Source: an uncultured Fibrobacterota bacterium (lineage in GTDB: Bacteria > Fibrobacterota > Chitinivibrionia > Chitinivibrionales > FEN-1185). From it: DNA of 39,178 nucleotides. The notes under the pieces are model-generated. The model saw nothing but the letters and a program-made list of their open reading frames with translations. It was not told the origin of the DNA and made no database searches. The position numbers and the translations under genes are program-made. Each line of letters begins with the position of its first letter. Within the stretch, counting starts at the first letter, position 1. Positions 21,306 through 30,628 of the stretch are shown here, piece after piece. Where the stretch lies: positions 1-39,178 of the forward strand of contig CAVSQB010000040.1 in NCBI GenBank assembly GCA_963729895.1. The letters are read 5' to 3'.

Positions 21306-21335
21306 TTGAAAACAGTCTTGCATGGTGAGTATAAT
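21306..21335 (+). promoter_or_regulatory. Putative sigma70 promoter of the fibro-slime gene
   Basis: TTGAAA (21306-21311), 18-nt spacer, TATAAT (21330-21335) in the divergent AT-rich intergenic region. Confidence 0.5.
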
Positions 21336-21433
21336 GAATCAGGATGAGGGCAAAATAGCGTCGTTAATTTTAAGCGATTAATAAATAGAGCAAAAGAGAT
21401 ACATGTGAATAATCGGTCATGAGAGGGTGAATC

Positions 21434-24400
21434 ATGGAAAAGCTCCAACATATTTCTCCCCGATCCGCCGTTGTCGCCTTCCTGCTCTCCATAGCCATGA
21501 CCGCGCCATGCCTTGCCGTACATTTCCCGGACACGATTTGGGTCGAAGTCAACTATTACGATTTCAAAGCAAACGGGAGCAACCCTAACTTCGAACATTG
21601 TATTTCCGGCCTTCAAAAGGGCATGATACAGAACTATCTTAGCTCGTGGAGAAAACCGGTCTTCAAGGCAAACCTGGCGTGCAACGATAGAGTGGGAGAA
21701 TGGTTCATGGCAAGCGGCCAGGCAGGGCCCGACACGCCTGCCACGCAATTCGTGTTCGATCCCGTGCAGAAGGTGTGGAAATGGACCGGACTTGTCAACT
21801 ATGCGCCGGGCGGCGTTGTGCGGCCGGCCGAATGGGTTGGCCCCCACCATAACGACAATTACGCCATGACGGACATCATCATGTACGATTCCCTTCCCTT
21901 TATTCTCATCGATTCGGTCCGCGGAATGTACCAATACAACAACCAGACGTTCTTCCCGCTCACCGGAAAAGGATATGGAAACGAAGGAAATAAAGACTGC
22001 AACGGCGACCTGGAAAATTTCAGTTTTACCATGGAAGTTCACACCTTCTTTACCTACAGCGGCGGCGAGGTGTTCCGCTTTACCGGGGACGACGACGTGT
22101 GGGCGTTTATCAACGGCCAGTTGGCCATGGACATCGGCGGCGTGCACAGCGCACTCAGCGATTCGATCATTCTCGATAATGTGGCATCGCAACTCAACAT
22201 TCAAAAGGGGCAGAAATATCCCTTCGACTTCTTTTATACCGAGCGCCACACCTGCGCGGCGGACATCAAAATCACCACCGACCTGTTCAAGCCGCAGCCA
22301 GCGGAAATAATAGTCCGGCCGGACTCGCTGCCGGTGAACCCGCACGACACCACGATCAACCTGAAAGACACCACGCTCACTGCGGGCCAGTGCGTGCGGT
22401 TCCAGCTGCACGTGGTGGACGATACGCTCGGGCTGCGGCCCGAATACGATTCGCTGGTCCAGTGGCAGATACTTGACTCAATGGGAAACGTCATCACCTT
22501 CGACACCGTGGCCGGCGAAAACCGGATTTGCGTCACCAAGGCGTACGGCTGCATCGAGATCCTGCTCACCTTTCGCGACCCGACCGACGCCACCAACGTG
22601 ATCCGCGACTCGATCCAGTTGTGCGTGCAACACGGGTCGGCAAATCACTTGCGCATTGAGAGCAGCCCGTATGTGAACGCCAGCCCGCGCAACGACAACC
22701 CGCTGAGGAACCTCACCATTCCCGCCACGGCAAGCCTGGACACCGTCTATGCGGTGCTGCGGGACGCCTACGGCAACTTTGTCTCGCCGTCGCAGCACAC
22801 GCAATGGTCGGTGATCTCGGGCGATTCGATCGTATCGGTGACAAACGGGATCGCCACCCTGGGCGCAGGTATCATCAGTAAACTGGGACCGAGCGGCAGC
22901 GCGGTGGTGGTGGCGACCAGCACCGATTACACCGGGACCCAGTTCAGCGACACGCTCCATGTGGTGGTGTCGAACATCGCCTATGATTCTTTACGGATAG
23001 TAACCGGCGTGGGCGGACAAAAGGTGAAGCTGGCCAGCCTCACCATCGACGTGGGCCAGGACACCCTGCTCAAAGTGGAAGGCCACCGCCTTGACGGGCT
23101 GGGCGATCACGGGTGGATGACGGTGGGCGGAACGTGGACCATGTCGGACAGCCTCCACACTCTTCTCGCACCGCCGGCCTCGGATAGCGTGTGGAATTTT
23201 GCTCCCACCGACACCGGACACGGCACCATAACCGTGCACTGGGGAACGCTCGCCTATTCCATTCCCGTCTGGGTGAAGCCGGGCGTTGCCAACAGCATCG
23301 CGATCTATCCGAACGAAGGGCCGCCCGGCGCCCAATTCGGAAATGCGCCGTACCTTTCTACCGTGACTTACCGCTGTGCCGCCGGAACGGCCATCCCGCT
23401 GGATGCGAAATTGTTCGACGCGATCAATGTCTGGCTCAGCGCATTTGAGACCGATTCGGTTCTTTCCGGCCAGATAACGTGGAGCGTGCTGGACTCGGCC
23501 AGCGGAACCTTTACTCCCGCAATGGGAACCTTGAGCGCGCTCGCGGGGCACAAGACGGTGTTCACGCCGACCATGGCGTTCAAGACATACCTGGTGACTG
23601 CCACCTATGCCCAGGGCGCAATCAGGCTCCAATGCACCGTGCGCTTCAACATTACGGCAAGCACGCCGGCGCATCTTGTGATAGAAGCGAGCCCGGACAG
23701 CGCGTCGAGTCCCAACGCGAACAATCCCATCGGCCAATTGGAACTGCAGTCGACCCAGACCAGCCAGGCCGTGTATGCGATAATCCGCGACATCTACGGA
23801 AATTTTATCGGCCACGCCGATTCCAGCGCGTGGCTGGCGCGGGACACGCAGGTCGTTTCGGTGAAGAACGGTCCGGCAACCGGCCTGGGCATGGCCACGA
23901 TAACCCGTGTGGCGTCGGTTGCGAGCCAGACCTGGGTTGTTGCGCGGCTGGGAGCGCTTGCCGATTCCATTATTGTACGCGTTACCGACGTCACCTACGA
24001 CGGCCTCCGCATCGTGGTGAACAATAACGGGCTCAAGGATGTGGACACGCTGGTGCTTCGCACCGATCAGGACACCACCTTGTACGCCCTCGGCGAGCGC
24101 TCCGACACCAAAAACTGGACGGAAGTGAGCGTCGCGTGGCAGACGACCGGCGTCGTGACGAATCCCGCGGCGCCCAATCCGGCGAGCGTGTTCCATTTTA
24201 CGCCCGTGTCGCCGTCGAGCGGAAAAATAACCATCAGCATGACCGGCACGGGCGGCGTTGTCATACGCGACTCGGTGTTCGTTATCTTCCAGCCCGGTCT
24301 TGCGCAGAAGCTCGAACTCTACTCCAACGCGGGCGCTCCCGTGGCCGCCGACAAATACCCGGACCCCACCGTCAACGATACGGTTGCGGCAGGCACGCCC

Positions 24401-27400
24401 CTTCCGTTGTATGCCAAGATCTTCGACCAGAACAACGTATGGCTCAGCGCGTACGAACAAAATCCAAGCAACATCACCTGGCGCATCCAGGAACTCGCGG
24501 GAAACCCGCCGACGGGAAACCTTCTGACAACCCAGGGATACACGACCACCTTTACCCCGACCAGGGCCTACAACACGGCATACGTGATTGCAGAGCTGGG
24601 CACAAACGGCGGGGTCATTTCCGATATGGTAAAGATCTACGTGAAGCCGGCCCCTGCAAATCACGTGGTTATTGAGGCAAGCCCGAGCGGCTCCGCGAGC
24701 CCCAACGCCGACGATCCGATCGGCCTCATCGTTTTCGGCCCTGCCGACACGGTGCGCTATGCCTATGCCGTGCTGCGCGACGCGTACGGCAACTACGTGT
24801 CGAGCTATACCGACGGGCTGTGGCAAAGCCTCGACACGTCGCTGGTAAAGGCCGCACCGGGATTCGCGGCCAACGGCGAAGGGGTCGTCACAAGAAGCGG
24901 CAATTCGGGCGACACGCGCATTGTGGTCCATTCCGCGGATTTCACCCTGCAGGACACGGCGCAGGTGAGCCTCAATAATATCACCTACGATTCGCTTCGC
25001 ATTATGGTGAGCGACTCTCTGGTCATCACCCGACTTGCGATGCGAACCGACCAGGACACCACGCTGTGGGTACAGGGCAAGCGCTCCGACACCCATACGT
25101 GGGAATATGTTGCCGCTGGCTGGAGCCTGCTGGGCGGCATCACGGCCAACCCGCCCGCGCCGCAATCGTCGATAAGCTGGACGTTTGCGCCGACCGACAC
25201 CGGCACGGGCGCGATCGTAGTGGCGCTGGGCGCCTCCGCGCCCGACACCGTTCATGTCTCGTTTGTCCACGGAACGGCGTTCAGCCTCGTACTCTTCCCC
25301 GGCGATAACCAGCCCAACCAGCTCACGCCGCTGCCCGGTCCGCTTACTCCCTTGCAGGTGGCGGCCGGAGACACCTTCATGATGACCGCACGGGTGCTCG
25401 ACGCAAACGGCCTCTGGCTGTCGGAGTATGCCTCGGAATCCGCGCCCATCGCCTGGAGGGTGGAGCAGTTGCTCGGCCTCCCGCCGACCGACAGTTTGTC
25501 GGCCACCACCGGCTACAAGAGCGCGTTTGCCTCGACACGCGCGTACAACAGCGTGTACGTGATTGCCGGGTTCACCCTCGGCACCGAGCACCTGTACGAC
25601 ACCGTGCAGATCTCCATAAAACCCGGCGCGGCGAACCACCTTGTGCTGGAGCCCAATTCCAATTGGCAGGTAAGCCCCAATCACGACAACCCTGCCGACA
25701 GCGTTACCATCCTGAGCAACCAGCAGAATGCGATGGTGTACGCGGTGATACGGGACAAGGACGGCAACTTTGTGGGGTATTCGCTCCATACCGCCTGGAC
25801 GGCGAAAGACTCGCTGGTGGTGACGGTTGAGAACGGCATATCGGGAATCGGCCAGGGCGTGATAAACCGCGGAAGCGGGTCGGGCACGCGCACCATCGTC
25901 ACGGCAATGGACCTTGACAATCCTCTGCTCATCGATTCCGTTGTCGTCGACCTCGCCAGCTACTACTACCAGCGGCTGCGCATCGTGGTGCGGGACTCCA
26001 CCGACATCGATTCGCTGTTTCTTACCACCAACGACGACACCACGCTGCGCGTGATGGGGCTCAGGTCGGACACAAAGACCTGGGAATATACCTACGCGCA
26101 ATGGAAAGTGTCGGGAACGCTGGTGATGTCTCCCACGGCGCCCGACGTTGCGGGTTCGTGGACGTTTTATCCCGCCCAGGCGGGAACGGGAAGCATTCGC
26201 GTGACGCTGGGCGCCGATTCGACGACGATTCCCGACACGGTCCGGGTGGTATTTGCAAACGGCCCGCCCCTGAGCCTGCTGTTTGAGCTTTTGACGCCCG
26301 CCGAAAACCGGATCGCGGGAGACACGCTCCTCGCTGTTGTAAAGATTGAGAACAGGACCGGGCCCATTGCGGGCCGCTACTGTTTTGCGCCCGGCTCGGC
26401 CAACGGGGCGGCTGCGTACCAGACCCTCCTGGGCAGCACTTCCCAGCCCGCGCCCGTCATCGTGGTGGACGGGGCGACGAACCCGCTCAACACCTTCCCC
26501 GCCGCCGGCGTTGCGAGCAGCGAATGCTTTGAAAACGGTCTTGACACGGTGAAAATCGTCCTCTACAACGCACCGTTCACAAAAGACAGCATGCAACAAC
26601 TGTTTGTTTCCGCAGCGGGCCTCACGGCCTCAACCGAGTCGTTTACGCTGCTGCCGGCCTCGCTGCACAGCGTTGCGCTGCAGGACAACTCCGGCCGCGA
26701 CCTGGGCGATTCCATCACGCTTGTATACCCCGGCGACTCCCGGATAATTTCCTCAACCGGCTTTGATGTGTACGGCAATAAGATCGGACCGGAAAACGGC
26801 ACGTGGGTCACCACAGGAACGCTGCATCCGATATCCCTGAACGTCAATGTATCATGGATCTACTACGAATCCGCCGGGGCGCGCTCCGACGAGCAGGGCA
26901 TGATACTCGTGGTCGCTTCGGACACGACGGGCGGTATCCGCACGGACAGCGTGTTTGTGCGGATACAGGGACCGGCCGCTCGGCTCGTATCGGCCGGCAC
27001 CCGGGACGCAAACGGCGACGGGTATCTTGACGAGATAGTTCTCGTGTTCAGCAAGAAGGTTGCCATTCCCGCCTCCGCGACGTTCAGCGTCTCCTACGAC
27101 AACACCGTGTTTACCGTGACCGGCATGGACAGGTCGCCGGCCGATTCCGACTCGGTGGTCACGCTGTACCTGGCGGAGCAGAAGACCACCGATCCGCAAA
27201 GCGCATGGCGCCCCTACCTGAGCATCAGCGGCATACCGGGTACGGACAGCGCCGACAGCGTGCTGTGCGCCGACGGCGCCGGTCCGGTGGTGTGGAGCGT
27301 TGTCAAGTCGATCACGAACATCGCCGACAGGAGATCGGACCTTATTACCGTGGAATTTTCCGAACCCGTGCTGACCAAGAACGGCAATGCACTGACCGCC

Positions 27401-28087
27401 TCGCTGGCGCCGTCTCAGATCTTCAACGTGTGGACCATAACCGGAACCGGCGACACGGTGCTGGCGACCGGGGCGCTGGACGGCATTCCCACCCTGTACA
27501 GGATAATCGACAACAGGACAATCCAGTTCTATATGACAAACGGCACCGACCTCACCGACAAGAACCTGCTCAGCCTTCGCGCCGACACGCCGGCCGTGGC
27601 CGACGGCTCGCAATGGGTCAACCCGCCCGTGCCGGGGAACCAGCGCGTGGCCGTGAGCGTCAACAGCGTGTTCCCGGAGTATATCCAGATAGCAACCAAC
27701 CCGGCGATCCCCACCTTGCGCGAGGAAGGGCCGGGCATCCTGCATTGCGCGAATAACCCGCTTGCGCGCACCTGGGTGCGGAACGACCGGGCCGGCGTGC
27801 TTATAACGTTCAAGGTAATGCCGCTTGCAAACGCGAACCAGTCCTTGCTGGCGCATCTCTTTATTTACGACAATATAGGGAACATGGTGAACGAGGACGC
27901 GAACCCGGACATCATGCCCGCAGACTGGAAGACAGGCGCGACAACCGTTCACGACCTGGACATCTATTGGAACGGTACGAACAAGAAGGGAATGACGGTG
28001 TCGCCCGGCGTATACCGCGTCTTTTTGGACCTCTCCTCCGGAACCGAGAAGAGGAGATTGGTCGGCGCAATCGGAATAAGGCGGTAG
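21434..28087 (+). CDS. Fibro-slime (PA14-like) domain surface protein with four long internal repeats and FlgD-Ig-like C-terminus
   Basis: Signal peptide and NFSFTMEVHT...FTGDDDVWAFINGQLAMDIGGVH. Repeats carry H(L/V)xIE...YA(V/I)(L/I)RDxxGN. C-terminal WNGTNKKGMTVSPGVY. Confidence 0.9.
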   Translation: MEKLQHISPRSAVVAFLLSIAMTAPCLAVHFPDTIWVEVNYYDFKANGSNPNFEHCISGLQKGMIQNYLSSWRKPVFKANLACNDRVGEWFMASGQAGPDTPATQFVFDPVQKVWKWTGLVNYAPGGVVRPAEWVGPHHNDNYAMTDIIMYDSLPFILIDSVRGMYQYNNQTFFPLTGKGYGNEGNKDCNGDLENFSFTMEVHTFFTYSGGEVFRFTGDDDVWAFINGQLAMDIGGVHSALSDSIILDNVASQLNIQKGQKYPFDFFYTERHTCAADIKITTDLFKPQPAEIIVRPDSLPVNPHDTTINLKDTTLTAGQCVRFQLHVVDDTLGLRPEYDSLVQWQILDSMGNVITFDTVAGENRICVTKAYGCIEILLTFRDPTDATNVIRDSIQLCVQHGSANHLRIESSPYVNASPRNDNPLRNLTIPATASLDTVYAVLRDAYGNFVSPSQHTQWSVISGDSIVSVTNGIATLGAGIISKLGPSGSAVVVATSTDYTGTQFSDTLHVVVSNIAYDSLRIVTGVGGQKVKLASLTIDVGQDTLLKVEGHRLDGLGDHGWMTVGGTWTMSDSLHTLLAPPASDSVWNFAPTDTGHGTITVHWGTLAYSIPVWVKPGVANSIAIYPNEGPPGAQFGNAPYLSTVTYRCAAGTAIPLDAKLFDAINVWLSAFETDSVLSGQITWSVLDSASGTFTPAMGTLSALAGHKTVFTPTMAFKTYLVTATYAQGAIRLQCTVRFNITASTPAHLVIEASPDSASSPNANNPIGQLELQSTQTSQAVYAIIRDIYGNFIGHADSSAWLARDTQVVSVKNGPATGLGMATITRVASVASQTWVVARLGALADSIIVRVTDVTYDGLRIVVNNNGLKDVDTLVLRTDQDTTLYALGERSDTKNWTEVSVAWQTTGVVTNPAAPNPASVFHFTPVSPSSGKITISMTGTGGVVIRDSVFVIFQPGLAQKLELYSNAGAPVAADKYPDPTVNDTVAAGTPLPLYAKIFDQNNVWLSAYEQNPSNITWRIQELAGNPPTGNLLTTQGYTTTFTPTRAYNTAYVIAELGTNGGVISDMVKIYVKPAPANHVVIEASPSGSASPNADDPIGLIVFGPADTVRYAYAVLRDAYGNYVSSYTDGLWQSLDTSLVKAAPGFAANGEGVVTRSGNSGDTRIVVHSADFTLQDTAQVSLNNITYDSLRIMVSDSLVITRLAMRTDQDTTLWVQGKRSDTHTWEYVAAGWSLLGGITANPPAPQSSISWTFAPTDTGTGAIVVALGASAPDTVHVSFVHGTAFSLVLFPGDNQPNQLTPLPGPLTPLQVAAGDTFMMTARVLDANGLWLSEYASESAPIAWRVEQLLGLPPTDSLSATTGYKSAFASTRAYNSVYVIAGFTLGTEHLYDTVQISIKPGAANHLVLEPNSNWQVSPNHDNPADSVTILSNQQNAMVYAVIRDKDGNFVGYSLHTAWTAKDSLVVTVENGISGIGQGVINRGSGSGTRTIVTAMDLDNPLLIDSVVVDLASYYYQRLRIVVRDSTDIDSLFLTTNDDTTLRVMGLRSDTKTWEYTYAQWKVSGTLVMSPTAPDVAGSWTFYPAQAGTGSIRVTLGADSTTIPDTVRVVFANGPPLSLLFELLTPAENRIAGDTLLAVVKIENRTGPIAGRYCFAPGSANGAAAYQTLLGSTSQPAPVIVVDGATNPLNTFPAAGVASSECFENGLDTVKIVLYNAPFTKDSMQQLFVSAAGLTASTESFTLLPASLHSVALQDNSGRDLGDSITLVYPGDSRIISSTGFDVYGNKIGPENGTWVTTGTLHPISLNVNVSWIYYESAGARSDEQGMILVVASDTTGGIRTDSVFVRIQGPAARLVSAGTRDANGDGYLDEIVLVFSKKVAIPASATFSVSYDNTVFTVTGMDRSPADSDSVVTLYLAEQKTTDPQSAWRPYLSISGIPGTDSADSVLCADGAGPVVWSVVKSITNIADRRSDLITVEFSEPVLTKNGNALTASLAPSQIFNVWTITGTGDTVLATGALDGIPTLYRIIDNRTIQFYMTNGTDLTDKNLLSLRADTPAVADGSQWVNPPVPGNQRVAVSVNSVFPEYIQIATNPAIPTLREEGPGILHCANNPLARTWVRNDRAGVLITFKVMPLANANQSLLAHLFIYDNIGNMVNEDANPDIMPADWKTGATTVHDLDIYWNGTNKKGMTVSPGVYRVFLDLSSGTEKRRLVGAIGIRR

Positions 28088-28150
28088 CCGGGGCGCGAAG
28101 GCCAAGGCGTTTTCGCCGGCGGCGGGTTTTGGTTGTCCAATTTTTCTTTG

Positions 28151-28222
28151 GCGCTTGCTTCGATACACCGCTCGCCGAGCGGCCCTTTGGGCCGTATCGA
28201 GGCGAGCGGCACCCGGCAAGCG
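28151..28222. repeat. Nested GC-rich palindromic element (REP-like)
   Basis: CGCTTGC/GCAAGCG, CCGCTCGCC/GGCGAGCGG and CGGCCC/GGGCCG pairs, plus an alternative TCGATAC/GTATCGA pairing. Confidence 0.5.
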
Positions 28223-28323
28223 TTATTGTCACCACTATAATGACCGGATCACTATGCGACCCTGCTTGTGAACCGATTAGTAAGAAGTGAATATCCCCTC
28301 CGGCAACCAGTATTTTTATTCTC

Positions 28324-29214
28324 ATGCACATCAACGACATTTTCAAACGCGACAAGATAACGTTCAGCTTCGAATTTTTTCCTCCCAAGGACGCTGTCGC
28401 TTCGGACCAGTTGTTCCACACTATCAAGGAAATCGTGCCCCTGGGGCCTTCCTACGTGAGCGTTACCTACGGATCGGGCGGCTCGACCAGGACCCTTACG
28501 CACGACCTGGTGGTTCGCATACGCAAGCAAACCGGCCTCACCGTGGTGTCGCACCTCACCTGCGTGGGCTCGTCGCAAAACGAGATCCGGGGCATCCTCG
28601 AAACCTACCGGGATTCGGGCATCGAAAACATCATGGCCCTGCGGGGCGACCCGCCCAAGGGACAAGCTTCCTTTGTGGCGGCCGAAGGCGGCTGTTCGCA
28701 CGCGGACGAACTTGTTGCGTTCATCAAGAAGCACTTCCCCGCCATGGGGATCGGCGTTGCCGGCTACCCCGAAGGCCACCCAGAAACGCCCAACCGGCTG
28801 CGCGAGATAGACTATCTTAAAGCAAAAGCCGACGCAGGCGCGGACTTCATCTGCACGCAGTTCTTTTTTGACAATCACGACTTCTACGATTTCCGCGACC
28901 GGTGCGCCCTGGCGGGAATCACCCTTCCCGTGCTGGCCGGCATCATGCCCGTGACCTCACTCAAAGGAATGACGCGCATGGCGGACCTTTCCGCAGGCAC
29001 GCATTTTCCCGCACGCCTGCTCAAGGCGCTCTCCCGCGCAGAAGACGACGACCACGTTGAAAAAGTGGGCATCCACTGGGCGACCGAGCAGGTTGCCGAC
29101 CTCATTGACAACGGGGTAAAAGGGGTCCACTTCTACACGCTTAACAAATCGAAGGCCACGCTCAAGATCTACGATTCGCTCGGCGTCACGAGTTCGGCGA
29201 GGCTCAAAGCGTAG
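28324..29214 (+). CDS. metF: 5,10-methylenetetrahydrofolate reductase
   Basis: SFEFFPPK, SVTYGSGG, HLTC, ALRGDPP, AGYPEGH, TQFFFD and HFYTLN motifs. Confidence 0.97.
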   Translation: MHINDIFKRDKITFSFEFFPPKDAVASDQLFHTIKEIVPLGPSYVSVTYGSGGSTRTLTHDLVVRIRKQTGLTVVSHLTCVGSSQNEIRGILETYRDSGIENIMALRGDPPKGQASFVAAEGGCSHADELVAFIKKHFPAMGIGVAGYPEGHPETPNRLREIDYLKAKADAGADFICTQFFFDNHDFYDFRDRCALAGITLPVLAGIMPVTSLKGMTRMADLSAGTHFPARLLKALSRAEDDDHVEKVGIHWATEQVADLIDNGVKGVHFYTLNKSKATLKIYDSLGVTSSARLKA

Positions 29215-29224
29215 ATGCGGGAAT

Positions 29225-29280
29225 GCGTTGGAGAGTTGGAGCGTTAGAGCGTTGGAGAGTTCGAGCGTTGGAGTGTTGAA
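29225..29280. repeat. Seven tandem degenerate 8-mers (consensus GCGTTGGA)
   Basis: GCGTTGGA GAGTTGGA GCGTTAGA GCGTTGGA GAGTTCGA GCGTTGGA GTGTTGAA. Confidence 0.9.
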
Positions 29281-29282
29281 AT

Positions 29283-29316
29283 TTGACACACGGCAATGAC
29301 AGAATCAATATTCTGT
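29283..29316 (+). promoter_or_regulatory. Putative integrase promoter with palindromic operator
   Basis: TTGACA at 29283-29288. A perfect palindrome ACAGAAT-N4-ATTCTGT (29299-29316) covers the -10 region, 4 nt before the ATG. Confidence 0.55.
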
Positions 29317-29320
29317 AAGT

Positions 29321-30523
29321 ATGGATAAGCCTGTCGCAGTCGCCCTCCCGCCAGTGTTGTATAGCCTCACTCTGCTCGATCAATTCTCGCTGGAGTTGAA
29401 AAAACTCGGCCTTCCATTCGACACGGCAAAGAAACCGTACGCCATCATCAAGAAATTTCTGGCCGTGCACCCGGGCGATCCGTGTGACATCGGCATCGAA
29501 AAGGTACGAGAATTCGTGCAGGGACAGTACGGCGACGTTGTTCCGGCACTTGTGCTTTTCTATCAGACAGTTGCTAAATCGGAAACTCACCTTGCCGCAC
29601 TGACGCCGGGGCGCGACCCTTCACAAACCGCAGAACCCTTACCGACGCCGCTGCAGAACGAAAACGGAATATCGTCCAGCCTGAAAAGACTTGAGCTGGA
29701 ACTCAGGGCCCGCAATTACAGCCGGCGTACCTTTGAAAACTACCGCGCCATATCATACAACTATCTGACCTGGCTCAAGGATGAACCATCGGCGAACGAT
29801 GCCGGAGCCATCAAACAATATCAGCTCTATCTGAAGGAAAAGAAAAACTATGCGCCCAGGACAGTGAACCTCGTCACGGCCGCAATCATTTTTCTCTATA
29901 ACGCGGTCCTCGAAATTCCGATTGCGCCTACTTCCCTGCCCCGCATGAAAACAGGAAGGCCGCTGCCGAAGGTTTATTCACAGGTTGATATTGAGAAAAT
30001 CATTCTAAGCGAAGGCAATTACAAGCACAGGCTCATGCTCATGCTCGCGTATGCATGCGGCCTGCGGTTGTCAGAACTGCGGTTCATAAAACCCGGGGAC
30101 CTTGACCTTGGGCGAAACATCGTATGGATAAGGCACGGAAAAGGATCAAAAGACCGCGGGGTGATGCTTGATGCGGCCATAAAACCGGAACTCACGGCCT
30201 TTCTCCGGACCGGGAAAGGGAAAACCTTTCTTTTCGAAGGTTACGAACCCGGCAAGGCACTCACCGCGATGACAATATCCAAAATCTACAAGCATGCATG
30301 CAAAAAAGCGGGGATCGAACCTCTGGGTGGCATCCATACCCTGCGCCATTCATTTGCCACCCATCTTCTCGAACATGGCACAGACCTGCGTTATATCCAG
30401 GAATTATTAGGCCACTCCTCCAGTAAGACAACTGAAATTTACACCCATGTAAGCTCTTCGGTAATAAGCAGGATAAGAAGCCCGATTGCCCATTTAAACC
30501 TTAAAAAAGTTGAAAACGTATGA
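29321..30523 (+). CDS. Tyrosine recombinase, integron-integrase-like but without the IntI-specific insertion
   Basis: SAM-like core-binding domain (RNYSRRT...Y) and catalytic motifs GLRLSE, GKGSKDR, HTLRHSFATHLLE.G.D.R.IQELLGH, TTEIYTHV and RSP. Only about 23 aa separate KDR from FLF. Confidence 0.92.
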   Translation: MDKPVAVALPPVLYSLTLLDQFSLELKKLGLPFDTAKKPYAIIKKFLAVHPGDPCDIGIEKVREFVQGQYGDVVPALVLFYQTVAKSETHLAALTPGRDPSQTAEPLPTPLQNENGISSSLKRLELELRARNYSRRTFENYRAISYNYLTWLKDEPSANDAGAIKQYQLYLKEKKNYAPRTVNLVTAAIIFLYNAVLEIPIAPTSLPRMKTGRPLPKVYSQVDIEKIILSEGNYKHRLMLMLAYACGLRLSELRFIKPGDLDLGRNIVWIRHGKGSKDRGVMLDAAIKPELTAFLRTGKGKTFLFEGYEPGKALTAMTISKIYKHACKKAGIEPLGGIHTLRHSFATHLLEHGTDLRYIQELLGHSSSKTTEIYTHVSSSVISRIRSPIAHLNLKKVENV

Positions 30524-30529
30524 TATACT
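30501..30529 (+). promoter_or_regulatory. Putative cassette promoter (Pc-like) overlapping the integrase stop codon
   Basis: TTAAAA (30501-30506), 17-nt spacer, TATACT (30524-30529). The extended -10 TG is supplied by the TGA stop. Confidence 0.4.
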
Positions 30530-30542
30530 GGAAAAGGCAAAC

Positions 30543-30628
30543 AGTTTATCATACGTGCCGTTTGGGCGCGCAGGATAAACTCTTTTGAATTTCATGGTTT
30601 TTGAAGTTTATCCTGCGCCTAGTTGGGA
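30543..30628 (+). other. attI-like primary recombination site
   Basis: Perfect 14-bp inverted repeat GCGCAGGATAAACT (30568-30581)/AGTTTATCCTGCGC (30605-30618) and an extra AGTTTATC copy (30543-30550). GTT follows at 30622, where homology to the post-attC leader begins. Confidence 0.65.

Noticed and set aside
22991..26599. 1202-aa minus-strand ORF, and similar long ORFs such as 12530-14224, 19164-20594 and 26852-28219
   Set aside because: Antisense shadows of GC-rich genes with clear domains. They have no recognisable motifs.
29321..30523. Calling the recombinase xerC/xerD, a prophage integrase or canonical intI
   Set aside because: No phage genes or tRNA attachment site are nearby, the context is cassette-like, and the IntI-specific insertion is missing. 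No gene symbol was assigned.
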